From Trichinella spiralis (taxonomy: Eukaryota), in NCBI RefSeq assembly GCF_000181795.1, contig NW_003526945.1, forward strand, positions 62,001-126,000: 64,000 bases of DNA. Direction: 5' to 3'. Position 1 is the first letter of the stretch, and each line of letters begins with the position of its first letter. Position numbers and translations under genes: made by a program. Shown in pieces: positions 45,978-60,600 of this stretch. Below the pieces are notes generated by a model. That model ran no database searches. It saw only the letters and a list, made by a program, of their open reading frames with translations, and was not told the DNA's origin.

Positions 45978-48332
45978 TTACAGTGAACTTTCTTTGAAAT
46001 CTTCTCTACTACTGCTAGCGCTGTCATCAGTGAAAGGACCATTATTATTATTATTATTATCGCCGTAGTTTTCTAAAATTGGTTGATTTTCTTCTGACAA
46101 AGATTGATCATCGTCCATTTTCTTATGGTTGGATATTTTACGAGATAAATATCTGTTCCACAGACTGTTCACCAACTCTTTGCTGACAATTTCTCCAGAA
46201 TTTGTACCAATCAAACGCAACAAGAACATGCCGTCAGGTTGTAAGCATGTTTTGACGAAATTTTCAATATTGAGAAGAAATTCACTTTCCGACATTTCCC
46301 ACTGGTCACTGTCTTGCAAATAGCTAATCACATAGCTCCAACTAAAGCTGTCGAAAATTATTGAAGCAATCCAGCAGAGTAAATTTATAGAATTGAGAAC
46401 AGCTAAAATGACAAACCACCACCAGAAGAATAGAAATATCTTCTCATTGAACATGTTGATCATCAGCACGCATTGTACAGAATGCCGGTGAACATTGCCA
46501 AGTTCTCGAACTTCAAAATCACAAATTGTCACACGTGGAAAATTGCCCGTCTCTTCCCACTGTCGACCGTATACCAAATTGTAAAACACTCTGGCTCCCC
46601 AGAACGAATCGTCCACTCCGAGAAAATGCTGGAGCATGAAAAATAGCATAACTGCATTGATAACGTAGTAAATTTTCACAGCCAAATACAAAAGCAAAAT
46701 ATAACGCCCAGTGAACAAGTTTCGTCCATGCAAACGCGCAGACAGTACTGTAGAATGATCAAGTAGTTGGGCAATTTTGTCGACATTCTTCCGACGTGAC
46801 AACGGTTCAACATGTTCCACTATGCTAGTCATGTCACAAACCGTTTTCACGCTTATGCCTAAACACGCACGTGAGCAGCAGATGAAAAGGTAAACAAATT
46901 CCGCTTACAACTACATACATGTATATATATATACATATACATGTACACATAATTCAACAAAGACCTTTTCTATCAATAACAACAGCAGCATTTCTCATGG
47001 TCACACAGTGCAAACTGGTTCTTAGGATTTAGATTAATGCTTCAAATAAAATACCATTTCAAAACGCTACATTTGGCAACAAACTGTGCAGAACATCAAA
47101 CAACTCTTACACACACACACACACACACATATATATATGCAAATGTGCACTAGCTAACTAACTATTATTGATTGGTTAATTAAACAAAAAATGATTCAAC
47201 TATTTTTCTAATGATTCATTTCTACATTTTACAACTGAAACAAATATCCATCCATTCATCCATCGATCCCAATTTTGCATGATTCATTTTGAATCATCAT
47301 TCTGTAAAGATTGCCTGCATTAATGTTGTCAGTGAATCACTTTGCACAAACAAAATATTCTCGAAACGTCTGCAATTAAAATTGAAAAGTACAATGCATG
47401 CAATGTATATGTTTTGTGAAATTTAAAGTAAAAAAGAAATATTAATTCGAACTGTTTTTCTGTTTTGGCTTTTTCTCTTGTACAACTGTTGAACAACAAT
47501 GTGATAGTACACATGCACACAATCGGTTGTTAACAATACAGAAAATGTTCAGCAGCAATTTTGATAAGAAAAAAATATATATATATTATTCCCTTTAAAA
47601 TTGTGCAGTATGAAATGTTGAATATAATTAAAATTTACAATCGGCTGCAACATCGTTTTTACAAAATTGCTAACATATAGATCAAGGTTGCCAATAATGA
47701 CTAAATTATATTCAAATTAGAAAAATTTTCTCAAATTAATTAATAAAGTTTAAAAAAATGTGCTAAAAGAGGTTGTTAAGATAATTTTGCCGAATAACAA
47801 TTAATGATGACAACAATTGAAGTTGATAATAATCGAAATATCGGTGCCGGTTCAACGTCACTAAGCCTGACCTGCAACTGACAATGGAAAAGTTTGTATA
47901 GAACTTACCAGAATGCATGTTCAGTGCACGCCAAAATGCCATCGGCATCCAAAAGCAGACGGCAACTAAAGCTAGAATAAATGGAACCCATTGGTAATAT
48001 CCAATTAAACGTTCCTCACGTTTTTCGACACTTTCTGGAATATCTATTGGGCTTCGGATTAAATCCCAATAATTTTTCAGCGGCACTGATTTTGTAAACG
48101 GTAAAAAGTAGGTATTTTGTACGTAACAGTAATCTAATGAATACTGAATCCACCATCCTTTGAAATAAGCAGGAAACCAACACTGTATTGGAGTACCAAC
48201 AAACGACCATCCACTGACCAAAACTGCAAAACAGACAGTTCCAATGACAGTGTAAAAAGAATTCAATCTGTCAATGAAGTCACAATCTCGATACGGTTTT
48301 ATCGACGATAAATACTGTGTGAGCTTATCCAT
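45978..48332 (-). CDS. inx-12: Innexin, INX-12-like (2 exons: 48332-47909, 46858-45978)
   Basis: Distinctive GWSFVGTPIQCWFPAYFKGWWIQYSLDYCYVQNT, plus YYQWVP, FPRVTICDF and NMFNEK. Confidence 0.85.
47109..47138. repeat. Compound (AC)n(AT)n microsatellite in the inx-12 intron
   Basis: Seen directly. Confidence 0.9.
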
Positions 48333-50893
48333 GACGAATGATTATATATTACACTGGATTGTATTGTATTGTATCAAGATGTAGAAATAGAATTGTATCC
48401 CCTCAGATGTAGAAAACAGAAAGTTGGAGAAATGTTAGTTGTAATATTTGAATACCGCAATTGAACAACACCGCCGTGCCGCAGCTTCGAACATGTCAAA
48501 CTGGTCAACTGCTGCCACGCCAAGTCAACAATTTGATACTACCATTCATCGACGTCGACGCTAAAATTTGGTCATCGATGAACTTTCCACAGCGCCATCT
48601 ATTTTCAGTGAAAAACTTCAGTGAAAAAATTAAAATTAATATTTACATTTCTCAATTTAAATATTAACTATTTTGCCTGTATTCATTTAAATTATTATTT
48701 TCTTTTTTCAATCCTATTTATCAATTTTGTTCTGTTTGTGTTTCTTTTTTGCCATTTGTTCATCCATTTCAAAACTGTACCGTAACACTTCCTTCTTTCG
48801 TATCACATTATTGATCTATACTGTGTGTTGTTTATTGTTCGTTTTGTTTATTTTACTGAAACAAGTGAAACAATTTTATGCAAAACTGGCATTTATAATT
48901 TGTGTATTTTCTTTATCAAAGCAAATTTATAAAATTGTTCAACTGAAATCAAAACCATCAACAAGCGTTTATTAACGTTTGAAGATTCATCATTTTTTTC
49001 ACTCCATTTCTTATTTGAACATTAAGTAATATTGCAATAAATTTCATCTTGCCTTTTATAACAAAAGCTTCGATGATTCAACACTGTGAATGGCAACTTT
49101 CCATCTCTCGAATTGTTTTTCTTTGAACAATGCAACACATTCAACTCTGCATACTTTTCCTTGCAAATTTTATACATTACTTTTCAAAAACAACTAAAAT
49201 ATAAATCATCTTTTTTTTCCAAATTGTAGTTTCATTTTTCGTTCAATATATATATATATATATATATATATACGATAATCTTATTTTCCAACAAATTATA
49301 CCATCTGTAATGTGTGTTTTATTTTTCATTTCTCCATTCAAACATATGAAAAGCAAAATAGAAACATCGTCATATCTTCAAACACATCTGAAACAACAAA
49401 ATAAATAAAAAACAATGTTTTGGCAACAATATTATTTTTAATTTAAATTTTTACATTCTTCTGTTCAACATTCGTCATGAATGACACTTTTCTCTTCGAA
49501 ATATTATTATTCCTCATTTTACTTACGAATCTACTTTTATCACAAGTATTTCTGTAAGTTGTTCAATAATTTATTACAAAAATCTGACAAAATATTCAAT
49601 CACCTCATACGTTCAACCGCTGCTTGCCCTTCGTGGAATTTTTAGTTTTTCACAAAACATGCAAAACTATTTTAAATTTGCGTTCTTTCACAAATTAGCA
49701 ACATCTTTACATAAATTTTTTTTCAAATATTATTTGTTTGCAACAATCATTTTCAGCGTCTGACGATGAGAAGCTGCTTTTTTATCTTTCGACAACGTTT
49801 TGTCTTTTCAACGCAAACAACGATATTATCAAACGGAATAAATTTAAATTTAGAACTTATCATGTTTGCAATCTTCGACTTGGTTCAAATGTAACTAATC
49901 TTTTTTTTTGTACCTTCTCACTAAATATTTTTTCACTTTTATTCAAAATTTCAACTATGCTTCATTTGCACTTGATTTTCATTATCTCAATCTACAGTTT
50001 CATTGTAATACATTTATCATGCTTAATTTGATCTGTATAGATATACAAATGTGCAGATGCACGGATTTTTTTTCTCATGTTTATAATTTAAAACGAAAAT
50101 CCGTCTCTGTATTAAATTTTCCAAAAAATAAATTAATGAATTTTTCGAGCCAAAGCTTGAATCTCAAATTTAAATTTTTAAAAATTACTTTTTGTTTTCC
50201 AATATGAAAAGAAGCAACAATCATATTAATTTATTCAGCTTTGTTATTGTAATTGTTTTTCATTTTCAATTTTTTTCTAATTATCAATAATCAGCAAAAT
50301 GAAATGAAAAATATTTCATAATGACCATAATATAGTGATCAATTTTGCAATTTAAAAAATATTTATTCTTCCAACAAAACAGAAAAAACATCTCCATTTA
50401 ATACGTGTAAAGTTAAAATTTGGACATAATTATGAATAAAGAAGATGACTTTTGCTATAAATTATAACTAATAATATTGATTCATCAAAAATTTTGTGCA
50501 CAGATGACAGATCACGTCCTACAGTTGCAAGCTGTCAACGGCCCGATTAACCGGTATTGGAAAGGCATCGATATTGGACGTTACCTTTGCTTCTGTTTTA
50601 ATGTACATTTGCACAAATACCTTTGACCCCAATCATAGCCACAGGTTTCACCAGTTTTTCATACCATTCCAACTCCATTACGCTATACAACCTGCCAAAT
50701 AACCAAAACGATTGATTCAACCAGAACAATTTCTGAAAGATAACCTTTGGTAATTTTTAAACATTAAACATGAATTATAATAATAATTCATCATTTATTT
50801 GTTTGCAATTTGTCCAGTTCGGTTTCTATTCGTTTTCATATTTTCATATTAAATAATAATCTCATTTTACCTTTTTTAGAATTCTAGAAAAAT

Positions 50894-53318
50894 ATGAATA
50901 AAGAAAGTGAAAAATATTTAAAAGAAGGGCGAATATCATTTGTATCGGTAAGCTTCGTAGATGAAATATTGCATTTTCTCTTTCTCTTAATGTTACTAAT
51001 TTATTTATTTATTTATTACACTGGATATTTTCCAAATACTGCTGTTGACAGCCATTTGCTCATTGTTATGCGTATTTTATTCAAATATACAACTGAATAT
51101 TTTTGTTGCATATTTATAGATATTGGTTGCAATCGAATTTAAATTTTGTTTTCTCTTTTCTTTTACTTTTTAGGCTGATCGGATAGAAGAAAGATATGTA
51201 TTTTTATTTACAGATACAATTCTTATTGCAAAAGAAAAGTATGTAGGAAAATCTCAGTCATAAAGTTGAATCAATCATTGTTATCATCAGCATTTTAGAG
51301 CATTAAATACATTTTGCCTTAAAGAAAAGATGCATTTAAAAGAGATATGGATTAGTGAAAAAGGTATGGAATCGATCTCAGATTGTTTCAGACGATCTGA
51401 TTCATGCTTCATAATTGGATGGCCTGGGAAAAATTTTATATTAGAATTTTCGTGAGTTTACGTACCGAATTATGTTGCATACAATGTTCAACTTAGATCA
51501 TAAAAACATGCATATTCAATATTATAGATGTCCAGAAGAAAAGAATAATTGGCTTGCTATATTGAAAACGTCAATTTTGCATGAAAAATTAAAAGAACGG
51601 CCCAGAAAAGCGTTGGTTACTGTACAATTTGCATCAGCAGATGAAACTTGGGTAACTTGTCAATATCGTTTTATATGATAATTTGATTATTATTAATTTT
51701 TTCTCAATAGAGCAAAGAACTGTTGATTGATAATCTACTGACTTCATCTGATCTTATAAAAGAATTGAGTTATGATTTTCATTTATCCGATACAGATTCA
51801 CTTCAATTATTTTACACTACAGAACAACATACTACACCTGTACCGTTGGAAGGTATAAAATGAAAAATTCTTATAAAACTAAACAATATTCATTTTCTAT
51901 TCCAAGATTTCGAAATTCCGTATGAATTTTACATTTTGGATCTAAAGTCACTATACCAAAGTAGCAACAGTTTGTCTGATTGCAATGACAGTGTACGTAA
52001 AAGAAGATTTGGAAGTGGAATTTTCCTTTTAAAGCCTAAAATAGGTAAATTATTTTTTTTACAACAGTTGAATTTAAATTTTATTAAAATATATATGTTA
52101 TGGATTGTTTTCCGATTACTTTCAAATATACTGAATTTGTCAGAGAAGGAATAATTTAAACTGTTCAACTGCTCACGTTAGATAATGCGAGAAATCGTAA
52201 AACAGCAAGCAGTTATGCTAGTCAAATGATGATACATTGGAAAAAGAAAAGCAACAATTCCAACAAGCATGTTGGATCATTGCAATTTCGAAGACAGGGG
52301 AAATTTTTTGGAAAACCCCTGGCAACAATGGTCACTGATCAAACCATGTGTCCAATGCTTGAAGTATTGAAATAATTATATAATGGATTTGCATATTTGT
52401 TGTTTTGTTTTATAAATTTTCAGAAAATATTTGATCATCTTTACAAAAGTGGAATAACAACGGAAGGTATTTTTCGAAAACCACCAAAGCAGATAACATT
52501 TCGTGAAGTCAGAGAGCAAATTGATGCAGGAATAGATGTCAACGTGGATCGTTTATCGCCTACTGTCAGCGCATCATTATTAAAAGTACAAAAAAATAAA
52601 TTTATGCTTATTTTTTTCTTTTCATAATTTTACATTTCAGGAATTTTTACGTTTGTTACCTGACAGTCTTTTCACTTCGTCTTGTCTTGATAAATGGCTA
52701 TCATTGAGCCTTTTGACCGATAATTATACAAAACTGCAAACTGCTCAAAAGTATTATTTTTTCCTTTGTTTATTTATTTCAAAAAATATTCACATTTTAA
52801 AATGTGATGATGATGTTGCATTTTTGTAGATTAATATCAAATCTTCCAGCTGCAAATAAATTTCTGTTGAACAATTTGATGTGCTTGTGTTACTGTATTG
52901 TTGAAAACTGTGCTGCAAATCACATGGACAGTTACAGTTTGTCGATTTGTCTTGGACCTGGACTTTTTCATCCCGCCAAACAGAATACAAATCTTTGTAC
53001 TGTAAATGCAAGACGAATAGCAGAAGTAACCAAATTTATAATAGATAAGTAAGTGTTGTTATTATTTTTGAACATTCATCTATATCACAGGGTTGTCGGT
53101 TTCGTTTTTAAGTGTCAATACTCTTTTTGAAAATGCGATTCGAATATTTATTGGAAAAAGTTCAGACGTTCGAAAATTATGTTCAGATAATGAACAGCAA
53201 AACGATACACGTAAAATCAACTTCGAAATTAATACATATCTATCTATATAATTGTTTTTTTAATATTAAAACTTTTATTTCAGATGAATCGAATCAAAAA
53301 CAAATTTTAGCATTATGA
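50894..53318 (+). CDS. ARHGAP20: PH + RA-like + RhoGAP protein, ARHGAP20-like (about 12 exons)
   Basis: PH motifs ERYVFLFTDTILIAK, FIIGWP and EEKNNWL. RhoGAP motifs FFGKPL, TEGIFRK, ASLLKEFLRLLP and NHMDSYSLSICLGPGL. The 5' and 3' ends are less certain. Confidence 0.82.
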
Positions 53319-53540
53319 TCATTCCCATCATCCATCATATTGGCTCTAAATGATCAACTGAAAACAGTGTAATTTCATTATCGTTATGTGACTTGCAGTA
53401 TTAGAAGAAAAATGTTTCCCTTATTATAATGGCTGAAAAACGATATCCGAAATATTTGTTGCGTTTTACAATTTCATGCTTTCTCATCAAAGAGAACAAT
53501 CATTTTATAATATTCCAATTAATATATTTACATCTCCATC

Positions 53541-54951
53541 TCATGTTCTACAACCTTTTATTGTTTTTTCATGATGGTCGATGACCTTCTGTACGACCAG
53601 TTTCTCAATTCGAACGCCATTCATAACTTCAACTGGTGACAGTTGAATTACTTCAACATCATCTTTGCTTACTAAATATACTTGATGATATCTCGTATGA
53701 AGAATATTTCCAATAACGAGCTCAAATAAATAAATAAATAAATAAATAAATACTCAAGGCAAAAATAAAAAAAGTTCCATTACTTGATTTGAATTTACAT
53801 CCAGAGCTTCTTTGCATTTCGCAATCAAAGTATTCGAATCGGTTTCAAGCTGAAACATGAATAATAACAATATTATATGCAACAAATATGTTTCAATAAA
53901 ATTTCAATTAGTTAAAATAAGCCCGAGTAAAAAATGTTCCTTTCAATACCTTAAACGAAACAATATATGCTTCACGATTCATTTCTACCAAATTTTTCAA
54001 CAATTTCGGCACAGGAGTTAGACATAGGTTCAACGTTTTCTGAGATGATCTCATTTTATGTATGGGCTAAAATGAAACATCAATATTCAAGTATAAATAT
54101 TACTTTTTTTCAAAATGTAATATTATATACAATTTACCAATTGATCTTCAGGAATGTAATAATCGGATACCGCTGCTGCTAGGTACATAACAAGTTTCTC
54201 TTTTAAAACGGACAACTTTTTCGAAATAAATAATAATTTTCCAAGATAGTCGGTAACTGTTTCAAACTCTAATAAAATTAGCCGTCCTTCATATTGTGCT
54301 TTGTGAAGTGATTCAACGGCAGCAGCAAATCCAGGCAATTTTTCATCATCAACTATTACAATAAACCAATATTATTAGTTTAAAACGAATTGCGACGACA
54401 TTTTTACCAAACAAAACACCACTTAATATGCGTTGAAGTTCTTTAAATATTCAAAAACGTACAATATTAAAGTAATATTTTATAAACAACTAACCCACAG
54501 CAACTGATGTGTTGTCCTTTTTCCATACATGTAAACTCTCTAAGAGTTTCTTTTCGTCACTAAGATATTGTGCATAAGGAGTGAAGCTATTCGATCGATA
54601 CAGAAATATAACAGAATATCCATTCTGAAGAAAATATCTAAAACAATGCATAATATATTTTATTATATTGAAAGATAAATGTCAAACTAACTCTGCCGAA
54701 AAAGAACCTCGTGTTCCTGTACTGAAGTTTTCAATAAAGCGCACGGCATTTTTTTCTAAAGGTGCCATTGTACCACCGGACTAGAAGTATTTCAAATAAG
54801 CTTGTTATCGCAAAATAATTTCCATTTTAAATACTGTTATGAGGGCAACTTTACTGTTTGGATGAGACGCGTGAGTGTTGCAAAATGAATCCAACATAAA
54901 TGCCAACTTTTCTTCCAAAGCTTCATTTATCATAAACGTTTCCATTTTCAT
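53541..54951 (-). CDS. PPCS: Phosphopantothenate--cysteine ligase
   Basis: Motifs [52 protein letters not shown] and VIGNIL. Confidence 0.95.
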
Positions 54952-55419
54952 ATGTGTGATTATCTTGAATTTCAATTATGTAATGTTTGATCTAAAAAAA
55001 TAACACAGAAAAATGATTTTTCTCGTTTTATAAATATTTTTCAAATGTTGTTTCCAATTTTCCAATATACGTTGATGGCTAAAAATATCACCTATAATTA
55101 TCGTATACTTTGATTTTCAAGAACAAACTGTTTCATATTAAATACTTTACAGTAAAAAGATGCGAAACAAGCAAAAACTTGTTTGTCATATTACTATATA
55201 TATCGATGAAATATGCGATGCTTGGCTTCAAACTGCCCTATTTTTATGGTTATAGAAACTTGAAGATCACATTTATTGTAAAAAGATACTTTTAGAATAT
55301 ATTTGCTATATTTGGGTATTTGTATAATTTTTTTAATCTTCACTTAAAATGCGCTTGAGTAGAACTTTCAAATTTTCAAATCTGATAAACATTGTTTACA
55401 TTTTATGGTGTGAATAAGA

Positions 55420-56584
55420 ATGAAAGCAATTCTTGGATTGTTGTTGTGTTTTTCATCATTTATATTACATCGAATTTATTATTTGACATTTATTTTATTT
55501 GGTATATCAGTTGTTATCTATCTTGTCCGGTATAGTAAAATGAATGAATATCAAAGAAATACCAGCAACAGAAAAATTGCATGGTTGATTGTGGAAGAAC
55601 TGGTAAGGGAATTTTGATTTTTTTTCAAAATATAAAAATTTATTAAAAATAAAATATGAAAATTTTAGTGTGAAGATTTTCATCGTAATGAATTGTCTGG
55701 ATGTTTTTGCAGTGTGCTGTGTTCTTTGAGCAAAGAATCAATAGACAGTTATTACATGGAGAATAAAGTTATAATAAATTTACAATTAGAAGGTGAAACT
55801 GTATTGCTGAAATCAAGTGCAATGTTTTCAAAGCAATTCATGCCATTTCCAACAACATTAGCCTTCAACGACAATTATGTTAATTATTTCGGTGAAATTG
55901 TTGAACAGTTTGTTAATAATGGTAGTTTAATTTTGAACAATCGAAAATTTCTACAACAATTGTGCTCACCTTGTTCTGTCAATTTGGACAACTTAACCGA
56001 ACCAGAAATACGTACACTTTACACACTGACAAAACAACATGAATTTGTCATTTTTCAACTTTTTCATACTATTGGAATTTTCCCTCGAATATTAGGAATA
56101 TGTGGTCATATGTATGCAGTTGAAAAACTTCCTTTACTCAGCTCTGCTACACAGTTGACGCAGAGTTTATTGCTTTTAGCTGTGGAAACGCTAAATCAAC
56201 TAAAACAGGTAGATTCCATTTTTCACTGGTGTGATGTGAAATTTGAAAACTTGGCCTTTTCTGATTATTTTAATCCAACAAAATTGATCATTCTCGATGC
56301 TGATTTATTATTTACAAACAATGGAATGAGTCAATTGTTTCGACATTTACCATGTCAAACTGATTCGGATTGCATCTTCTTCGATTGCATTGCTAAATGT
56401 AATCCAATAACTCAACGCTGTACAGACAGAGTGAATACAAATTTCAACGTATGTAGTATAAAATTTTTATTTTTTACACTAAAATCATTCTACTTTCAAA
56501 ATCATGTTGATTTAGGTGTTCAAGCAAAAGATTATATTGCCAACGATCTTTTTTCTAATGCTGAATGGCAACTTTATCTACTGA
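55420..56584 (+). CDS. FAM69/DIPK1-like type-II membrane divergent protein kinase (exons 55420-55602, 55669-56448, 56516-56584)
   Basis: N-terminal TM, CEDF...SGCFCSVLC, FPRILGICGHMYAVE, WCDVKFENL, LDAD and CQTDSDCIFFDC. The last exon is less certain. Confidence 0.85.
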
Positions 56585-57647
56585 TGAATACAATACATAC
56601 AATTCGAAGTGGTTGTAGACATCATATTCATGGCCGTATAATTCTGTTTTCACTTTAAAAGATGTCGATAAAATTAAAACTGCAAGCAAGCAGGTCTCCT
56701 TCGAATGAACTCCCCTTGCATAAATTTGTACAAAGGTCGTATCGTTCTTCTAATTGATAAAATCAGGCAACTCTATTCCAATTAACGCTGTATTCGGGTC
56801 ACTCGATTATCAATGGTAATAAATATTTCTCGAATATTTAATGATAATAATAAACTAATGGATATGGTAATTTTTGTGTAATCAATAAAGCAGGAACCAA
56901 AACAGTGCCTAGTAGGATTAAACAAAATTAACATTTTCAACAACGACTCTCATATCTTACAAGCGTTGATGAAAATTTTCATTGTGCTGTTGCAATTCAT
57001 ATTGTGCAGTTGTGCAGAGACGACCGAAGCTCGTTGTAAAAATCGTCATCAAACCGTGTGCACGATGAAGTCAATAAACAGAACATTCCATCTTGGTTTA
57101 ATTCAACTTTTCTTCTGGTATGCAATTGAGCCATTCTTCGATGTCCCTGAATTGCATTCTGGAACGATTTGCACGATGATGAGTTGAAGCTATTAAACTT
57201 GAATGTTCTGAGCCATAATTGTTTTACCACATCACCATAGTGCAACAATTGCCGATAAGTTCTACATATTAAACAAAAATTCATGAACAAAATTGCAATA
57301 AAAGCTTATCACAATTTGTTACAAAGTAGGTATATATGTTCTTGAAAAGAAAGCAAACATCCCATGATTGTATGTATACATGGTGCAAGTAAAAATCAAT
57401 TAATCGTTCACATCAATTGTTCGTATATATATAATATATATAATGTCATAAATAGATTATAATTTTGTTAAAAAAATACAGATTAAATTACCTGTTCAGT
57501 CAAGGAAAATAAATCAGAAATGAAAGTCATCAATCATATGAGTGTTGAAACTCTTTAAGTGAATAATATCGTACGGATGAATTGCGACGTTATAAGATGA
57601 AATGTTGAAGTAAAAAATAAGAAAAAATCACTTACTTTCACATGCAA

Positions 57648-60600
57648 TTAAACAACATATTTCCATTCGTTGAAAAACGTTTCGACATTATAAATAACAG
57701 TGTCTAAATGCGTAGCAATGAAGATGATAATAATAATAATAACAGTAATGATCAATGTAGTAGTTGAGAAGAAACTCACTTGTCAGTTTCAAAGTTTGAA
57801 TTGATTGTATAAGAGCCTTCATCTCATCAGAATCAGAAGTCCAACTCGAGACGATTACAGTACTTGTATAATCAGTGTTTTGATTACTATTATCTTTTCT
57901 TTTAAGTTTCGCAGAACAGCAAGCGTGCAATAAGCCAAGAAATTTTCTAAACAATACAAATTTCAGTATTTTGCATCAAACATCCAAAACTGTCGCTTAC
58001 GCATTTTCACCCAAATTGTCTACAATGAATTGCCTAATTTCTGGATCTTTGTTAGGCAGTTGCAAGCGAACGTTCGGATTTCTCATGTGAAGTTGTGATT
58101 CAATCCATCGACTCGCGGTGCGTGATGGTCCATCCTCGGATTTCATTTTGTCCAATTCATCAAAAACATTAAACGGAATTATTACTGTTGCCATTTTATC
58201 TGCAACTATTTTCCTCAACAGGAACAGCCTTTTACGAAGAACCGAAGCATCGACAACGACCATGACGGGAATACAAAAACCACCCTGCCATATATCTTGC
58301 TCAGAATTTCGGCTCAACTAAATGACAACCACTGTTATGTTTTTCTCACCAAATATTCACATATTATTACACATATTTCAATTAGAATATCATCAAATAT
58401 TCAAAATGGACATTTCATTGAAACTGACAACTAACTCAATTTACAATCCACCTCATCAATATTACTGCAATTATGATTAATGCAATTTTTAACAATATTT
58501 AAAAAATCTGCAAAAATTAAAAAAGTTTAATCGATAAAATACCTCTTCAGAATATGAATGGCCATCGTAAAAATAAAAGCAAGTACTGCCGTTGTAGTCG
58601 CACTTTACAATGCCACGTTTAATCAACCCCATACCAAAAGATCTCAAAATGCATATTCGAATGATTGTCTATAAAAATCAAAAATATGAATATGAATTAA
58701 TAATAAACGAAAAATGAAACAAAAAAATACTAGACTAATTTTGGAAAATTTTCGTAAACTGCAATCCGCTTTTGAAACAAAGTTTCGACGTAAGATGCAA
58801 CAATGAGGTAAATCTTCTGGTAAAGGGACTGTTTGATTCCATTCGCACAACGGCAACGAAACAATGCCGTTCAATTCTTTCGCCAGTTTATCATCTAATA
58901 ATAATATATGTAAAAAATAATAAAAATTTAAATTTCATTTTATGTCATCTTATCCAATGAACATTTTCTTTCGCAAAAAAAATTTGCAAAACAATTATTC
59001 AAACAGCAAACCTGTGAGCAATAGATTTGCAATTTCATTTTCACTTGGTATTACATTCAAGAACTTGACAAGCAGTTGCCAAAATGGACCCATCATCTAA
59101 AATGAACAAAATTAAATTAAAAAAACAAACATACATAAGAAATAAAAGTGTCACTTACTACAGAAAAATAAGACAAAAAATCATCGTTTTCTTGAAGCCA
59201 ATAACAAACATCCTTCAGTGTAATGAGCCAAGGGCATCTGCTGAGATAATTCAGCATTTCTAGGACATTTTCTTTGCTGTTCAATCTTTGAAAGAACAAA
59301 AAATAACGAACAGAAAATCTTTTTAAAAAAATCACATCTTACTGTATTTCTTGATCAGTGCCCTTTTTTTCATCGTCTCCAATACAAATGCATTCCATCA
59401 TCTTTGTCAAAGTTAGCTCGCTTGCTAATGCAAAATTTGTGATCAACTGTGTTTCACTGCTGCTAGATTCATCCAACACTTCAGGCTGTTCTTTAATAAC
59501 AATAATTTTATTAAAAAAAAACAATATTATTCTCTTCATTCATTTTCAAAGGATACTCGAGCAAAATTGAAATTATTTTTCAATACAGTAATTATTACAG
59601 TAATATCGACGAATAGAATGACAACTTTTACCTTTTCGAGGTTGAATAGAAGAAGTGGTTGAAGAAATAATATTCCTCGCTTTCGTCAAATTGTTGTCGT
59701 CCTCTTTTTCCAACTTTGCTATATCCGTCATCATCAGCGGAAGTTCATTCATATCGTCCTGCTATACAAGTAATAATTTGATCATTTTTAAAAATAAAAT
59801 CCAAAGTGAAGGAAACTACCAATGACGACGGAACTTCATCAATCATTTTCATAAGAAAACTTGGATTACGGCATTCTTGTACTCCATTCAGTGAATGAAA
59901 CAATTCTTAAAAAATAAAAAATACAACGACCGTACGTACTAGCACAGTTGATCAATTTATTATTTTATTATATATGCAATAAATTTACAACGTTACCTTC
60001 GAAATTATCAGATGAATTTTTGCTCAAAATCACACGCAAAATATTGCTCAACAAAATGCCGCAATTCGAAATAAACCATCCTGCTGATGCATTCAATTCA
60101 GGCATTACTTTAAAAAAAACAACAAAATACATAATTTTTAATTATATTGGGAAAAAGAAAGAAAATTTTTTTTCTTTTTAAACTCACAATTCATTTTTAA
60201 AAAATGCTTTACAATGATCATTTGAATAGAGAACAATTGATGCAGTTTTTCAGGCATGACTGGTGATTGTGGCTCCAATTTTGGATCCTCTTGCTGTTGT
60301 AATAATTCATTGAAACGCATGGCCAGTAAATTTGAATTCTCTTTGCACATTTCCTTTGCCTCAACCATTTTCTGGCTAAAATTCACATCAGAGTAGAAGC
60401 TAACGAAAAACAAACAAACAACACCAAACTCATTCACTATTTTAAAATTGAGTAGATTTTTTTTGTGTGCAAATTTTCCCAAATAAATTAAAATATACAG
60501 ACTTACCCTGAACCATGATGTTGAAGAAAATAAAGCAGTATACGGGCCGTTGAAGCAATGTAAATCACATCAAGTGGAATGGAATCACTAGAAACAATAA

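Noticed and set aside
47137..47144. Octamer ATTTGCAT (- strand) in the inx-12 intron as an excretory-cell POU site
   Set aside because: Expected by chance in such AT-rich DNA and overlaps a microsatellite edge.
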